Shown one piece after another: positions 1 to 11,686 of a stretch of 64,000 nucleotides of DNA. Every line of letters begins with the position of its first letter. Within the stretch, counting starts at the first letter, position 1. The position numbers were made by a program, and so were the translations under genes. Source of the DNA: Candidatus Uhrbacteria bacterium (lineage in GTDB: Bacteria; Patescibacteriota; Patescibacteriia; UBA9934); assembly GCA_963822405.1 (NCBI GenBank), contig CAWGHH010000001.1, positions 227,717 through 291,716 on the forward strand, in the 5' to 3' direction. Below the pieces are notes generated by a model. It made no database searches. It saw nothing but the letters and a program-made list of their open reading frames with translations, and had not been told where the DNA came from.

Positions 1-1446
1 TTTCCCTTCATCGTACCCGCTGCCGCTGACCCAGAGGAATTCGCCTTGTTTCGCAAAGTCAGAGATGGTGGGTGCGCCGGCGTAGCTCATGGCGGATTTG
101 AGGCCGTCGATCATGCCTTTGACTACTGACTCGACAGAGCCGGCGTAGGCGATAGGGGCGGATTCGCCTTCGGGATTCCGGATTTCGGCCAGACTGCCTT
201 TTTGGATTCTTTCTATTTGATGGTCGAGCGAGGCCGAGCCCCTATACTGTTTCCAGAGCTGATTGCCTTTTCGCATTAAGATTCCCGGACCTTCGTCAGT
301 ACCGGCCAGCAGGCTACCGAGCATGACCGCGTCAGCACCGGCTACGAGCGCTTTTGCAAAGTCATCGCTACCTTTTATTCCGCCGTCGCCGATAATGTAA
401 ATACCGAGAGATTTCGCAACCGCAGCACAAGAGGCAATGGCGTGAATTTGCGGGGTACCGACGCCAGCTACTAGCCTGGTTTTGCATCTGGCACCGGGCC
501 CAATACCAACTTTTATACAATCTGCTCCAGCGTCGGCTAACAGTTTTACGTGTTCGGGATTATCAATGTTGCCAACTACTAAAACAGCCTTTGGAAATTG
601 TTTGCGAAGCTTTTTGGTAGCGTCAACAACTATCTTGGCCCCAGCGCGGGCGGTGTCGAGTAATAGTACGTCGGCGCCAGCTGCGAGTAGATTCTTGGCT
701 TCGTCGACATAATCGCCGGTCAGTCGTAATCCAACGCCAACAGCCAGTCGACCATGTTTATCGCGTACAGCATTAGAAAATTGTTTTCGCTTTTCAATAT
801 CTTTCGCGCTAATCAAGCCTTGTAACACACCGGCTTTATCGACGAGCGGTAGTTTCTCGATCTTATGTTCTTCAAGGAGAGACATTGCTGATGTCATCGA
901 GATGTTAGACGAGCCCGTAATCAACCCTTTATCGGTCATCACTTTCGACACTAGGGTAGCCGAGTCCTTCTCGTTCTTAAACCGATAATCGCGGGAGGTG
1001 AGTATTCCCTTGAGGTGACGGGCTTTGTCGACCACAAGGACGCTCGACACGCCATGATTACGCATGAGTTCCCAGGCTTCGCCGAGCGTAGCGTCTGGCG
1101 CGATCACGAGTGGATGCTCGATTCGCTCATTATCCATGCGCTTTACCTGCTCGACGGCTGATACTCGAGTTGCGAGTGGCGCGAATTGCGGCAAAAAGCC
1201 CAAGCCTCCGAGTCGTGCGAGTGCAATAGCCATGCGCGGACCAGTCACATCCTCCATGTTTGCGGACACGAGCGGGATATTGAGTTGAAAAGTTTTCGAA
1301 AGATTAACTTTAAAATTGCGCAGATCCGAACGTTTCTCAATTTCTGAATATTTCGTAACAATGGTCACATCCGAAAACGTCAGCGCTGGCCGGAGCGGTA
1401 GTCCTTTTTTGTCGAAGTAATTCTGGACCAATTTGTCGATTTTCAT
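1..1446 (-). CDS. guaB: IMP dehydrogenase (partial; C-terminus runs off window start)
   Basis: Minus-strand translation starts MKIDKLVQNYFDKKGLPL...ANMEDVTGPRMAIALARLGGLG and continues through the CBS pair and catalytic-loop region to GGIRNPE...KQGEFLWVSGSGY; ATG complement at 1444-1446. The ORF is open to position 1, so the feature is partial. Confidence 0.9.
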   Translation of the reverse strand, partial: MKIDKLVQNYFDKKGLPLRPALTFSDVTIVTKYSEIEKRSDLRNFKVNLSKTFQLNIPLVSANMEDVTGPRMAIALARLGGLGFLPQFAPLATRVSAVEQVKRMDNERIEHPLVIAPDATLGEAWELMRNHGVSSVLVVDKARHLKGILTSRDYRFKNEKDSATLVSKVMTDKGLITGSSNISMTSAMSLLEEHKIEKLPLVDKAGVLQGLISAKDIEKRKQFSNAVRDKHGRLAVGVGLRLTGDYVDEAKNLLAAGADVLLLDTARAGAKIVVDATKKLRKQFPKAVLVVGNIDNPEHVKLLADAGADCIKVGIGPGARCKTRLVAGVGTPQIHAIASCAAVAKSLGIYIIGDGGIKGSDDFAKALVAGADAVMLGSLLAGTDEGPGILMRKGNQLWKQYRGSASLDHQIERIQKGSLAEIRNPEGESAPIAYAGSVESVVKGMIDGLKSAMSYAGAPTISDFAKQGEFLWVSGSGYDEGK

Positions 1447-1543
1447 ACTGCTTGGATGGTACTGAAGGTGAGTACTAGTGGCAAACCTAGGCTGTGCGAG
1501 GCGCGAGTTTGTTTTTAAGGTACAATGTGAGAAGAGGAAATAT

Positions 1544-1762
1544 ATGGAAAGTGTACAACCCGGCAAAAGGTACAGGCATTACAAGGGTAATGAGTACAAA
1601 ATTCTTGGGGTTGGGAAACATTCGGAGACTAACGAAGATTTCGTTGTTTATCAGTCGCCTGACGGAGGACAGATATGGCTTAGGCCAGTGCAAATGTTTT
1701 TTGAGGTTGTAGAGTGGGAGGGGAAGCAGGTACCAAGATTCATTCAACTCGAAGTTCGATAA
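1544..1762 (+). CDS. DUF1653 domain protein
   Basis: GKRYRHYKGNEYKILGVGKHSETNEDFVVYQSPDGGQIWLRPVQMF matches the DUF1653 signature. Start taken at the internal Met (MESVQPG), not the upstream ORF-track start. Confidence 0.55.
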   Translation: MESVQPGKRYRHYKGNEYKILGVGKHSETNEDFVVYQSPDGGQIWLRPVQMFFEVVEWEGKQVPRFIQLEVR

Positions 1763-1774
1763 CTTGCTGACTAT

Positions 1775-2023
1775 ATGCTCACAAGAATTTTGATCGGAAT
1801 CGCGGTTTCTATTGGCGGATTCATTATGGTTTGGAAGACGCAGATTATGCTGGACACGGTTGGCCCAATTGAATGGGCAGAAAAGAATTTTGGTGGGGGA
1901 GGATCTAGACTTTTTTACAAACTCCTTGGAACGTTGATTATAGTTATAGGTTTCTTGGTGATTACTAACTTGTTTAATGACATTGTGGGAGGCGGAATTC
2001 AATCATTGTTTGGAGCAAAATAA
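1775..2023 (+). CDS. small hydrophobic membrane protein, hypothetical
   Basis: 82-aa ORF with two predicted TM helices and Gly-rich loops; no recognisable family. Confidence 0.35.
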   Translation: MLTRILIGIAVSIGGFIMVWKTQIMLDTVGPIEWAEKNFGGGGSRLFYKLLGTLIIVIGFLVITNLFNDIVGGGIQSLFGAK

Positions 2024-2030
2024 TATTTGT

Positions 2031-2576
2031 ATGGGTGGAAGCGCTTTTCTTAATCCAGAACAATTGATGGATGCCGGTGGCGTCCGTTTTGGGCACCACG
2101 TGGCTGATATTGGTACAGGTAGAACTGGCCATCTTGTTTTTCCGCTTTCTGGTCGAGTTGGTGAGGAGGGGAAGGTGTACGCAATTGATATTGATCCTGA
2201 AGCAGTTGCGATGGTTGAAGGTCTTCGCCGAACTCGTGGAACGCAGAATTTGCATGCTCTTTGGGCTGATGTCGAATCGCCCGGAACCGTACAAGTCCCT
2301 GAAGCGTCACTTGATGTTGCCTTCCTTGTGAATACATTGTGGACAATGAAGAAGCAGGAAGAAATGGCTGATGAGGTTAGCCGGTTAATGAAGGATGATG
2401 GTCGAATTTTTGTGATGGATTGGCGACAGAATGCCTTGCATCCACTTGCGCCAGCTCTAGAATATCGCCAGCAACCAGAGTTAGTAGACATCTATTTTGC
2501 TCAGGCCGATTGGTATCCGGCTTACGAAGTTCGGATCACGCCTCATCATTGGGCTCGGGCCTACGAGAGACTTTGA
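2031..2576 (+). CDS. class I SAM-dependent methyltransferase
   Basis: Motif I-like VADIGTGRTGH followed by an acidic motif (YAIDID); ATG at 2031 chosen inside the longer ORF-track frame. Confidence 0.55.
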   Translation: MGGSAFLNPEQLMDAGGVRFGHHVADIGTGRTGHLVFPLSGRVGEEGKVYAIDIDPEAVAMVEGLRRTRGTQNLHALWADVESPGTVQVPEASLDVAFLVNTLWTMKKQEEMADEVSRLMKDDGRIFVMDWRQNALHPLAPALEYRQQPELVDIYFAQADWYPAYEVRITPHHWARAYERL

Positions 2577-2616
2577 GTTGACTAGGGTTCGCTCTCGGTT
2601 TACCATCTTGCACAAT

Positions 2617-3021
2617 ATGTCCCAACTTTTGACCCTGCATTTCTGGTTCAATTCAGCTCCGGTAGCCATGAGTAATGAATTTTCTTACGGTTTCTTCATC
2701 TTCTTTGCTCTTCTAGCTATTGGCGCAGCGTTGTTGAGAATAGTTGCTAAGCGCACGGTGCGTGACGTTTATGATAAACAAGCCATTAGAATGGCTGGCA
2801 ACTTAATTGCTTGGCTTTCGTTCTTTGGTTTTGTCTGGCTCTTCTGTACTTACGAAGAAGTCCAAATCTTTGGTGTTCGAGGCTGGTTCATTCTCTGGGT
2901 TCTTGCTTTCATAGTTGGCGCTGTCAGGATTGCTCTCTTTGTTAAAAATGCCCCAGAACTTCGTGTAAAGAACGCTTCTCGTTCATCTGTTAACCAGTAC
3001 TTGCCTCGCCGTTCACGCTAG
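2617..3021 (+). CDS. hypothetical polytopic membrane protein
   Basis: 3-4 predicted TM helices (FFIFFALLAIGAALL, LIAWLSFFGFVWLF, WFILWVLAFIVGAV); start at the first internal ATG. Confidence 0.4.
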   Translation: MSQLLTLHFWFNSAPVAMSNEFSYGFFIFFALLAIGAALLRIVAKRTVRDVYDKQAIRMAGNLIAWLSFFGFVWLFCTYEEVQIFGVRGWFILWVLAFIVGAVRIALFVKNAPELRVKNASRSSVNQYLPRRSR

Positions 3022-3022
3022 T

Positions 3023-3379
3023 GTGGTGGAAATTCGTCGCAAGAAAGGGAATGATGGTGAAGACTTGGCGGCGGAATATTTGGTTAAGAAGGGATTTGAA
3101 ATTCTGGATAGACAATATCTAACTAGGCTTGGTGAAATCGATCTTGTGACCCGAGAGGGTAGCGAGATCGTTTTTGTTGAGGTGAAGGCACGTTTTGGGT
3201 TAGAATTTGGTCACCCAGAAGAATCGGTTACGCCGAGCAAACTCCGCAAGATCGCGAACACCGCTGAGCTGTATATTCGACAAAAGGGGATGATCGACGC
3301 GCCTTTCAGAATTGATGTCATCGCAATTAGGCTCGACCTTATTCCGCCAGAAATCGTGCATTTGGAAAATGTGTACTAG
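3023..3379 (+). CDS. yraN: YraN family (UPF0102) endonuclease
   Basis: GEDLAAEYLVKKGFEILDRQY...GEIDLV...EIVFVEVKAR is the typical YraN/UPF0102 core; GTG start. Confidence 0.7.
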   Translation: MVEIRRKKGNDGEDLAAEYLVKKGFEILDRQYLTRLGEIDLVTREGSEIVFVEVKARFGLEFGHPEESVTPSKLRKIANTAELYIRQKGMIDAPFRIDVIAIRLDLIPPEIVHLENVY

Positions 3380-3381
3380 CT

Positions 3382-3714
3382 ATGAATGACTTTTCTTCTT
3401 CTTGGGAGCTTGAGCGCCTTGATAACCCCGATGCGCGGTTTGCAGAGATCGCTCGGGAACTACAGCCCGGTGGAAAGTTTTCGTTTATCACGCTGAATAA
3501 AAATAGTGTTCAAGTCTTTTTGCAACGATATAAAACACCCATGCCGTGCAAGGCCAATGACCTCAAAACCCTTCGTCGTCTCGCCCAAAAATACGGCCTC
3601 ATCCCGGTTGTGCTCCGTCTGAAGGAAGACCCATCAAGCGCCTCACTTTTTTCAAAGATTCCCTGGTCCCTCAGCAAACCGCATATTGTGGGAGTGTTTC
3701 AGAAGGTATCATGA
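3382..3714 (+). CDS. hypothetical protein (weak methyltransferase-fragment resemblance)
   Basis: 110-aa ORF; the LQPGGKFSFITL segment resembles the post-motif-II region of class I MTases, but no N-terminal SAM-binding motif is present. Confidence 0.3.
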   Translation: MNDFSSSWELERLDNPDARFAEIARELQPGGKFSFITLNKNSVQVFLQRYKTPMPCKANDLKTLRRLAQKYGLIPVVLRLKEDPSSASLFSKIPWSLSKPHIVGVFQKVS

Positions 3715-3716
3715 AC

Positions 3717-3744
3717 TTGCACGTTTTCATTCTTGTGTTATCAT
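3717..3744 (+). promoter_or_regulatory. candidate sigma70-type promoter for nusA (TTGCAC-N16-TATCAT)
   Basis: TTGCAC at 3717-3722 and TATCAT at 3739-3744, about 50 nt upstream of the nusA ATG. Confidence 0.25.
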
Positions 3745-3793
3745 CTCTGCATAAGAACTCGGCTGATGGCCGGGTTCGTTGCTTAAATAGACT

Positions 3794-5041
3794 ATGTCAT
3801 CCCCAATAGAACAAGCCATTAGACAGATTTGTGAGGAAAAGGGACTTTCTTATGAGTCAGTACTTGAAACGATCGAGTCGGCACTGGCGGCTGCGTACCG
3901 TAAGGATTTTGGTGACAAATATCATAACCTTGAAGCCGAGTTTAACCCGGAGGATGCTTCTATTCGCGTTTTTGACGTGAAGACAGTGGTTGAGGACATC
4001 TCGGAGGAAGAGCTCGAAGAAGTTAGAAAGAAAGAAGCTGAAGAGTCAGCTGCTCGTGAAGCTCGTCGCGCTTTGGGTGAATACACTCCGGCCATTGAGG
4101 AAGTTTCAACCGAAGAAAAGCCAAAGTACAATCCAAAGACTGATGTCATGCTTTCTGAGGCAAAGATTTTACGTGGTGGCTCGAAGGTTGGGGACGTTTT
4201 GCGAACTGAGTTGCCAATCCCTGGTGAATTCGGTCGTATGGCTGCCATGACTGCTAAGCAGGTTATTACCCAGAAGCTCCGTGAAGCAGAGCGTGAAATT
4301 ATTTTCAATGAATTTAAGGGTGTTGAGAATACGGTTATCACTGGCACTGTCCAGCGCCGTGAAGGTCGTATTATTTTGGTAGACATTGGCCGAACTGCTG
4401 GCATCTTGAAGCCGGAAGATCAGATGATGACGGATCGTTATCGTTCTGGAGATCACATCAAGGTATTTGTTCGCGAAGTTTCTCTTGACGATGGCGGCGC
4501 ACAGATTTTACTTTCTCGTACGCACGAGTCGCTCGTTAAATATCTATTCGAAACGGAAATTCCAGAAATTGGTGAAGGCTCGGTTATCATTAAGGCTATT
4601 GCTCGTGAAGCTGGCGCCAGAACAAAGATTGCCGTGACTTCAAGCGACGCCCAGATTGATCCTATTGGTGCATGTATCGGTCAGCGTGGAACTCGTATTC
4701 AGACGATCATTGCCGAACTTGCCGGAGAGAAGATCGACATTATTGAATGGAGTGAAAATATCGCGAAGTTCATTGAGCAATCACTTGCTCCAGCTAAGAT
4801 TCAAGGTGTGCAGGTAGATGAAGATGAAAAGTTGGCCACGGTCATGGTTGTTCCGGAACAACTTTCTTTGGCTATTGGTCGCGGTGGACAGAACGTTCGC
4901 CTAGCGGCTCGTTTGACTGGTTGGAAGGTGAACATTCAGGAAGTAACTCCTGAAGGAACGCCAGTTCCGCTTGATGTTTCTGACTACGAAATCCCTGTTG
5001 AAGGAGAGCCTGTTGGCGTTGAAACCCCAAACGTTGAATAA
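3794..5041 (+). CDS. nusA: transcription termination/antitermination factor NusA
   Basis: N-terminal domain, S1 domain (TGTVQRREGRIILVDIG), two KH domains (IDPIGACIGQRGTRIQ; LAIGRGGQNVRLAARLTGW). An acidic insertion lies in the N-terminal domain. Confidence 0.9.
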   Translation: MSSPIEQAIRQICEEKGLSYESVLETIESALAAAYRKDFGDKYHNLEAEFNPEDASIRVFDVKTVVEDISEEELEEVRKKEAEESAAREARRALGEYTPAIEEVSTEEKPKYNPKTDVMLSEAKILRGGSKVGDVLRTELPIPGEFGRMAAMTAKQVITQKLREAEREIIFNEFKGVENTVITGTVQRREGRIILVDIGRTAGILKPEDQMMTDRYRSGDHIKVFVREVSLDDGGAQILLSRTHESLVKYLFETEIPEIGEGSVIIKAIAREAGARTKIAVTSSDAQIDPIGACIGQRGTRIQTIIAELAGEKIDIIEWSENIAKFIEQSLAPAKIQGVQVDEDEKLATVMVVPEQLSLAIGRGGQNVRLAARLTGWKVNIQEVTPEGTPVPLDVSDYEIPVEGEPVGVETPNVE

Positions 5042-5044
5042 TCT

Positions 5045-5821
5045 ATGGGCGACATCTTTACTGCGGTTCTTTATCAGCCACTCTATAACTTGCTGATTTT
5101 TATCTACAGTGTGTTTCCGTGGGGAGGTCTTGGGCTCGGCATTATCATTATGACGATTATTGTGCGGTTAGCCACCATGCCGTTGACCTACAAGTCGATG
5201 CGCGCCCAGAAGGAACTACAGGAAATTCAGCCAAAGATTGAAGCGATTAAGGCTAAGTATAAGGGACTTCCTAACCAGGAAGACATGGCAAAGGAACTGA
5301 TGGCAGTTTATAAGGTTCACAACGTGAATCCATTTGCCTCATGTTTGCCGACCATTATCCAGTTAGTTGTGTTTATCTCGCTTTTCCGAGTGTTGTCGGC
5401 CGGCATGAAGACAGTTGACCTGAACATGCTCTACCCGTTTGTGCACGCTCCGGCGGTTATCAGTCACATGTTCCTTGGGATGGATTTGAGCGTCGTTTCT
5501 ATTCCGCTTGGCATCTTGTCTGCGGCTATGCAATATTTGCAGGCTAAACAGATGATTGGTAAACGTCCGCCTAAGATTGTTCGTGAGGGTGCTGAGGGCT
5601 CTGAGGCAATGGATGAGGATATGACGGCTACCATGAACCGGATGACCTTAATCATGTTACCAATCATGATGCTCGTGATGGGTGTGACCACACTGCCTGG
5701 TGGCACAACCCTCTACATCTTTGCTAGCGCACTTATCACTTACGGCATTTACGAGTATTTCCTGAAGCCACCGGCTCCGACTGGGCCAGTGATTGAACTC
5801 TTGCCTCCAGTAACGAAATAA
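5045..5821 (+). CDS. yidC: membrane protein insertase YidC/Oxa1 (short form)
   Basis: GIIIMTIIVRLATMPLTYKSMRAQKELQEIQPKIEAIKAKYKG is the conserved YidC TM2 and coiled-coil region; 5 TM helices. Confidence 0.85.
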   Translation: MGDIFTAVLYQPLYNLLIFIYSVFPWGGLGLGIIIMTIIVRLATMPLTYKSMRAQKELQEIQPKIEAIKAKYKGLPNQEDMAKELMAVYKVHNVNPFASCLPTIIQLVVFISLFRVLSAGMKTVDLNMLYPFVHAPAVISHMFLGMDLSVVSIPLGILSAAMQYLQAKQMIGKRPPKIVREGAEGSEAMDEDMTATMNRMTLIMLPIMMLVMGVTTLPGGTTLYIFASALITYGIYEYFLKPPAPTGPVIELLPPVTK

Positions 5822-5863
5822 TAAGCACAGAAAGCCCGGCTAACCCCGGGCTTTCGTGTTAGA

Positions 5864-6892
5864 ATGCGCTTGACTATGGCTGTTAAGCAAAAAATACTTA
5901 AATCGTTTTTCGTTATTCTTGGGTTTTTGTTCGGCGCTGGTATTTTTGCTTTTCTGTTGTGGAAAACCGGAATTTCAAATGTTGCGTCGAGTCTGTATGA
6001 ATTCGGCATCCTTCCACTTCTGTTATTCTTCTGTATTTCTATTCTCAACTTTGGCCTCTATTCATTACGCTGGAAGATTATTCTTGACGCCATGCTCCCG
6101 GTTGGTAAACGAGTTTCTTATTTTAAGATGTTTTTCAATCGCATGAGTGGTTTTGCGGCGGGTTACTTGACGCCGGCTGCGCAAGTAGCGGGGGAGCCAA
6201 TTCGCGTAGCTATGCTTTTAGCTGACGGTGTGCCGGTAAAAGTTGCCACTGGATCAGTAGTCCTTGATCTCGCCTTCGAGGTCACGACTTTTGTTATTTA
6301 TGTTGCCTTGGGACTTGGTTTTGCTCTTACTCATGGCATGGCCAGTGGTGCCAGCGTGACAGGGTCTATTATTTTCATTTCGACTTTACTCCTGTTTCTG
6401 ATAGGTTTCTTTGTGATGACTATTCGCGGCGGGGGATTCTTTCACCGACTCATGAGAATTTCTCAACTGAGCCGTATCAAAGCAATTAATAATCTCGAGC
6501 ACTGGTTGATTGAAACAGAAGCTTTAATGAGCGAATTCTTTGTTGGTCGAGTCAAGGTAGTGGCGGCGGTAGTTGGCTTATCGCTCATGATGGCCGCATT
6601 TAAGGCTATAGAAGCATTCTTTATTGCGCACTTTTTGGGAGTAAACATTCAGCTTTCTGACGCGTTTCTCATGAGCACCTTGCCTGGCGTTTCTCTTCTT
6701 TTGCCAGTCCCGGCCGGTCTAGGTGTGTACGAGGGGAGTAATGAAGCCATGTTTACACTTCTTGGTCTACCATTAAATGCGGTTGCCTACACGGTCATTA
6801 TTCGCATGCGAGATTTCCTCTTTATTGGTATAGGCGTTACTTATGCAGTGATGCATGGCGAGCGACTAGTAACCAAACGTTATGGCAAATGA
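5864..6892 (+). CDS. flippase-like / lysylphosphatidylglycerol-synthase-TM-family membrane protein
   Basis: ~8 TM helices with the LYSLRWKIILDAM motif typical of the UPF0104/LPG_synthase_TM family. Confidence 0.5.
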   Translation: MRLTMAVKQKILKSFFVILGFLFGAGIFAFLLWKTGISNVASSLYEFGILPLLLFFCISILNFGLYSLRWKIILDAMLPVGKRVSYFKMFFNRMSGFAAGYLTPAAQVAGEPIRVAMLLADGVPVKVATGSVVLDLAFEVTTFVIYVALGLGFALTHGMASGASVTGSIIFISTLLLFLIGFFVMTIRGGGFFHRLMRISQLSRIKAINNLEHWLIETEALMSEFFVGRVKVVAAVVGLSLMMAAFKAIEAFFIAHFLGVNIQLSDAFLMSTLPGVSLLLPVPAGLGVYEGSNEAMFTLLGLPLNAVAYTVIIRMRDFLFIGIGVTYAVMHGERLVTKRYGK

Positions 6893-7778
6893 TCTTGAGA
6901 ATGCCATTTTTCGGACCACAGCGTACTTCTCGTATTTTTCGTACCCGCTAACCGCTTTTGAACTTTGGAAGTGGCTGTTGAATCCAACGGTGCCATATTC
7001 GTATCGCGAGGTACTCGATGCACTATTGACTTCTGAATTCCTCGAGAAGAAACTTGCTCGTGAATCTGGTTTTTTTGGTCTTGGTGATATTCGTACTCAG
7101 ATTGGTGAGCGGTCGAAGCGATTGGTTGACGCCCTTAAGAAGTACGATGTGCTTTCTCGTTACTTATCGTATTTATCTCGTATTCGATCGGTTAAGGGTG
7201 TTGCGGTTTGCAACTCGTTGGCCTTTCATCACACTACGCAAGAGAGCGATATTGATCTTTTTGTTATCACCGAGCCTGGCCGGACTTGGACCGCACGATT
7301 CTTTGCGGCCGTGCCTCTCATTCTTCTTCGACGCCGCCCGGGCGAGGCCAAAGAGAATCCAATCTGTTTAAGCTTCTTTGCTGACGAGTCTGCCCTTAAG
7401 CTTGAAAATATTAAGATTTCTGAAGATGATCCTTACTTGGCGTACTGGTCAATGAGCCTTATGCCGTTGTTCGATAAGAAACAATGGCAGCGGCAGTTCG
7501 CTGATGACAATCGTTGGGTGGGCGAGTGTTTGCCCAATGCTCACGGTGTTAAGCGAGCGCGTGCTTTTAGGTTTTCAGGTAAGAAGCTTTGCCCGCCTCC
7601 GTTATTTTCAGAAAAGCTTTTGAAGAAAGTGCAGGAGGATCGGCTCCCTCGGCACATGAAAGCCATGGCAAACGTGGACACGCGAGTGATTGTGCGTGAT
7701 GATATGTTGAAGTTTCATGATCGTGACCGTAGAGAAGAGATTAAGCTCGCCCTAGAAGAGCAGATGAGTGCAATATGA
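6882..7778 (+). CDS. hypothetical protein (possible nucleotidyltransferase-like fold)
   Basis: HHTTQESDIDLFVITEPG resembles the GS...DxD motif of the nucleotidyltransferase fold. It overlaps its neighbours by a few nt, consistent with operon membership. Confidence 0.3.
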   Translation: MANDLENAIFRTTAYFSYFSYPLTAFELWKWLLNPTVPYSYREVLDALLTSEFLEKKLARESGFFGLGDIRTQIGERSKRLVDALKKYDVLSRYLSYLSRIRSVKGVAVCNSLAFHHTTQESDIDLFVITEPGRTWTARFFAAVPLILLRRRPGEAKENPICLSFFADESALKLENIKISEDDPYLAYWSMSLMPLFDKKQWQRQFADDNRWVGECLPNAHGVKRARAFRFSGKKLCPPPLFSEKLLKKVQEDRLPRHMKAMANVDTRVIVRDDMLKFHDRDRREEIKLALEEQMSAI

Positions 7779-9088
7779 TCAAACAACGATACTTCACGTT
7801 TCTTCTCTCTGTCTTCGCCCTTCTCTTGCCTTGGCAATCGCGGTATATCTTTGCCATGTTGCCAATCGGGAACGCGGTCAGCGAATATGGCGTGATGAGC
7901 GTCTACGCTATTGAGTTATTACTCGTTATTGGTTTAGTTACTGGTTACGCTTGGCTTGGGCTGCCAAAACTAAGCGAAGAAAACCGTTCTCCGGCTATTT
8001 TGGCTGTGCTGATGATTCTGGCCGCTTTGGTTAGCGTTGCGTTTTCAGCTACTGGCGAACTTTCTCTAGCACAATCAACCCACGTTCTTTGCGCATTACT
8101 ATTTTTCTTGGCCTTACTTGATCCGCGTGTTGAACTGAAGAAAGTATTGCTTGGTTTTTCTATCGGCTTAGTTCCGCCACTTCTACTTGGGGCGTTCCAA
8201 GTACTTACTGGATTTTCAGCGGCGAGCACTTACCTTGGTTTGGCTGCGCGTAATGCTGAGCATCTTGGTGACTCGGTAATCACGCTTGGTGGCGGAGTGA
8301 GAATGTTACGTGCTTACGGGAGTTTTTCTCATCCGAATATTTTTGGCGGCTATTTGGCGGTTGGTACGGTGGCCGCTGGCACACTTTGGTACAACGCCAG
8401 ATCGCCTAAATACAAAACTGCATATTTCGCTCTAGGAGCCGCGCTTCTCATTGGTTTGTTTTTGACCGCCTCACGTTCAGCTGCTCTTGGTCTAGCACTC
8501 GGTACTGGCTTATCGCTCTTAGTTGTTCGCATGAAAGACACGGCGAAGGCGCGAATGGCCGTTATTCCACTGGCAATTTTAGTGATTGGTGCCACGCTCG
8601 CCATTACTCTATTCGCTCCTGGAGTGGCTGCTGATACGCGAGGCGGGGGAGTAAATGAGGCGCGGTCAATCGAGGAGCGGACAGCGCAGTATGTTGAGTA
8701 TTCGGCGGTCGAAAAACAGGCCACACCTTTGCAGGTTCTTGTCGGTCATGGGGTTGGTTCCTATGTGTTCGAACTCGCCAAGACATTTCCCGATCGACAG
8801 GTCTTTGACTATCAACCAATTCATTCTTTGCCGTTCTTGGTTTTCTTCGAGGTTGGCATTCTCGGTTCAATCATGATCATCTTTTGGCAGACTACCGTCG
8901 ACCTGATCAACTTTGCCCGTTTCCCAAACCGTAACGCCGTCGCCGCCTTTGCCATGGGCAACGTAGTTCTCGTAATCATCTTTTTCGACCATTATATTTG
9001 GTCATCTTGGTCTGGTCTTGCGCTCATCGCGTTCGTCATGGCGTTGACCGTAAGAATGGGCGAGCCAGAGCATTCAAAATCGATCTAG
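7775..9088 (+). CDS. O-antigen ligase/polymerase-like (Wzy_C family) membrane protein
   Basis: About 10-12 TM helices with a central loop (HPNIFGGYLAVG...TASRSAALGLALG) typical of WaaL/Wzy_C proteins. Confidence 0.5.
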   Translation: MIKQRYFTFLLSVFALLLPWQSRYIFAMLPIGNAVSEYGVMSVYAIELLLVIGLVTGYAWLGLPKLSEENRSPAILAVLMILAALVSVAFSATGELSLAQSTHVLCALLFFLALLDPRVELKKVLLGFSIGLVPPLLLGAFQVLTGFSAASTYLGLAARNAEHLGDSVITLGGGVRMLRAYGSFSHPNIFGGYLAVGTVAAGTLWYNARSPKYKTAYFALGAALLIGLFLTASRSAALGLALGTGLSLLVVRMKDTAKARMAVIPLAILVIGATLAITLFAPGVAADTRGGGVNEARSIEERTAQYVEYSAVEKQATPLQVLVGHGVGSYVFELAKTFPDRQVFDYQPIHSLPFLVFFEVGILGSIMIIFWQTTVDLINFARFPNRNAVAAFAMGNVVLVIIFFDHYIWSSWSGLALIAFVMALTVRMGEPEHSKSI

Positions 9089-9240
9089 GAGTTCTTCGAG
9101 GCTCCTCGGGACTCCTTTTCTTGCTCGGGAAGTTCGAGTCGGTCGAACTATTTTCTGATAATTCGAAGGATATCGACCTCCTAAGAACTTCGTATCCTCG
9201 CGGCGAAAAGAAGTCCCTTCGGAACCTCATACGATGCAAA

Positions 9241-9267
9241 TCAGCACTAGTTGACATAGAGTGCTAA
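9241..9267 (+). promoter_or_regulatory. CIRCE element (HrcA operator) upstream of groES
   Basis: TCAGCACTA-N9-GAGTGCTAA, against the consensus TTAGCACTC-N9-GAGTGCTAA; 36 nt upstream of the groES ATG. Confidence 0.65.
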
Positions 9268-9302
9268 CTAGCGCAAAATCGGCCTGTATTAATTTACAAA
9301 CT

Positions 9303-11239
<1,937 letters not shown>

Positions 11240-11269
11240 ACCCTGACGCCAGGAAGGGTCTAGAGGTGG

Positions 11270-11602
11270 ATGTTATTGGATTCAGGAAAGGACGGGGTGA
11301 AAATCCCGTCTTTTTCGTTTGACAATAAGCCATTTTCGAAGCACTCTCTTCGTCAGGAGGTGCTTTTGCTATCTATTCTCTTCGAGGTTATTCGAGACTT
11401 CGTTCTCGGTACTGGTCTCACTGATGAGGAATTCCTCATCTTGCAGATGGGGCCAATGACCGAATGGGAGGCTCGTCACGGGTCTGAGGACGATGAGGAA
11501 GTAGATCGTCAGCTGCAACGATGGGGAGAAGAGCGGTATCAACAGATCCTTAGAAAGGTACAAAAGGGGCGTGAGGAGCGAGAGTCGTGTTGGTTGTTGT
11601 AA
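11270..11602 (+). CDS. hypothetical ORF; the N-terminal part overlaps the groEL terminator, so the true start is probably later
   Basis: Open frame with an acidic C-terminal half and no known family; the first internal ATG after the terminator is at 11444. Confidence 0.2.
   Translation: MLLDSGKDGVKIPSFSFDNKPFSKHSLRQEVLLLSILFEVIRDFVLGTGLTDEEFLILQMGPMTEWEARHGSEDDEEVDRQLQRWGEERYQQILRKVQKGREERESCWLL
11288..11320 (+). terminator. rho-independent terminator after groEL
   Basis: GGACGGGG-tgaaaat-CCCGTC followed by TTTTTC. Confidence 0.5.
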
Positions 11603-11686
11603 CGGTTGCGTTCGCGTCTTGTCCTCGTAGCCGAAAGGTTGCGGGGGCGTTTATTTTTGGGAAAAAGTGTGGTGTAATGGGGATAT

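Noticed and set aside
482-1288. Plus-strand ORFs 482-712 and 1064-1288
   Set aside because: They lie antisense inside the well-supported minus-strand guaB gene and have Ala/Ser-rich low-complexity translations typical of antisense frames.
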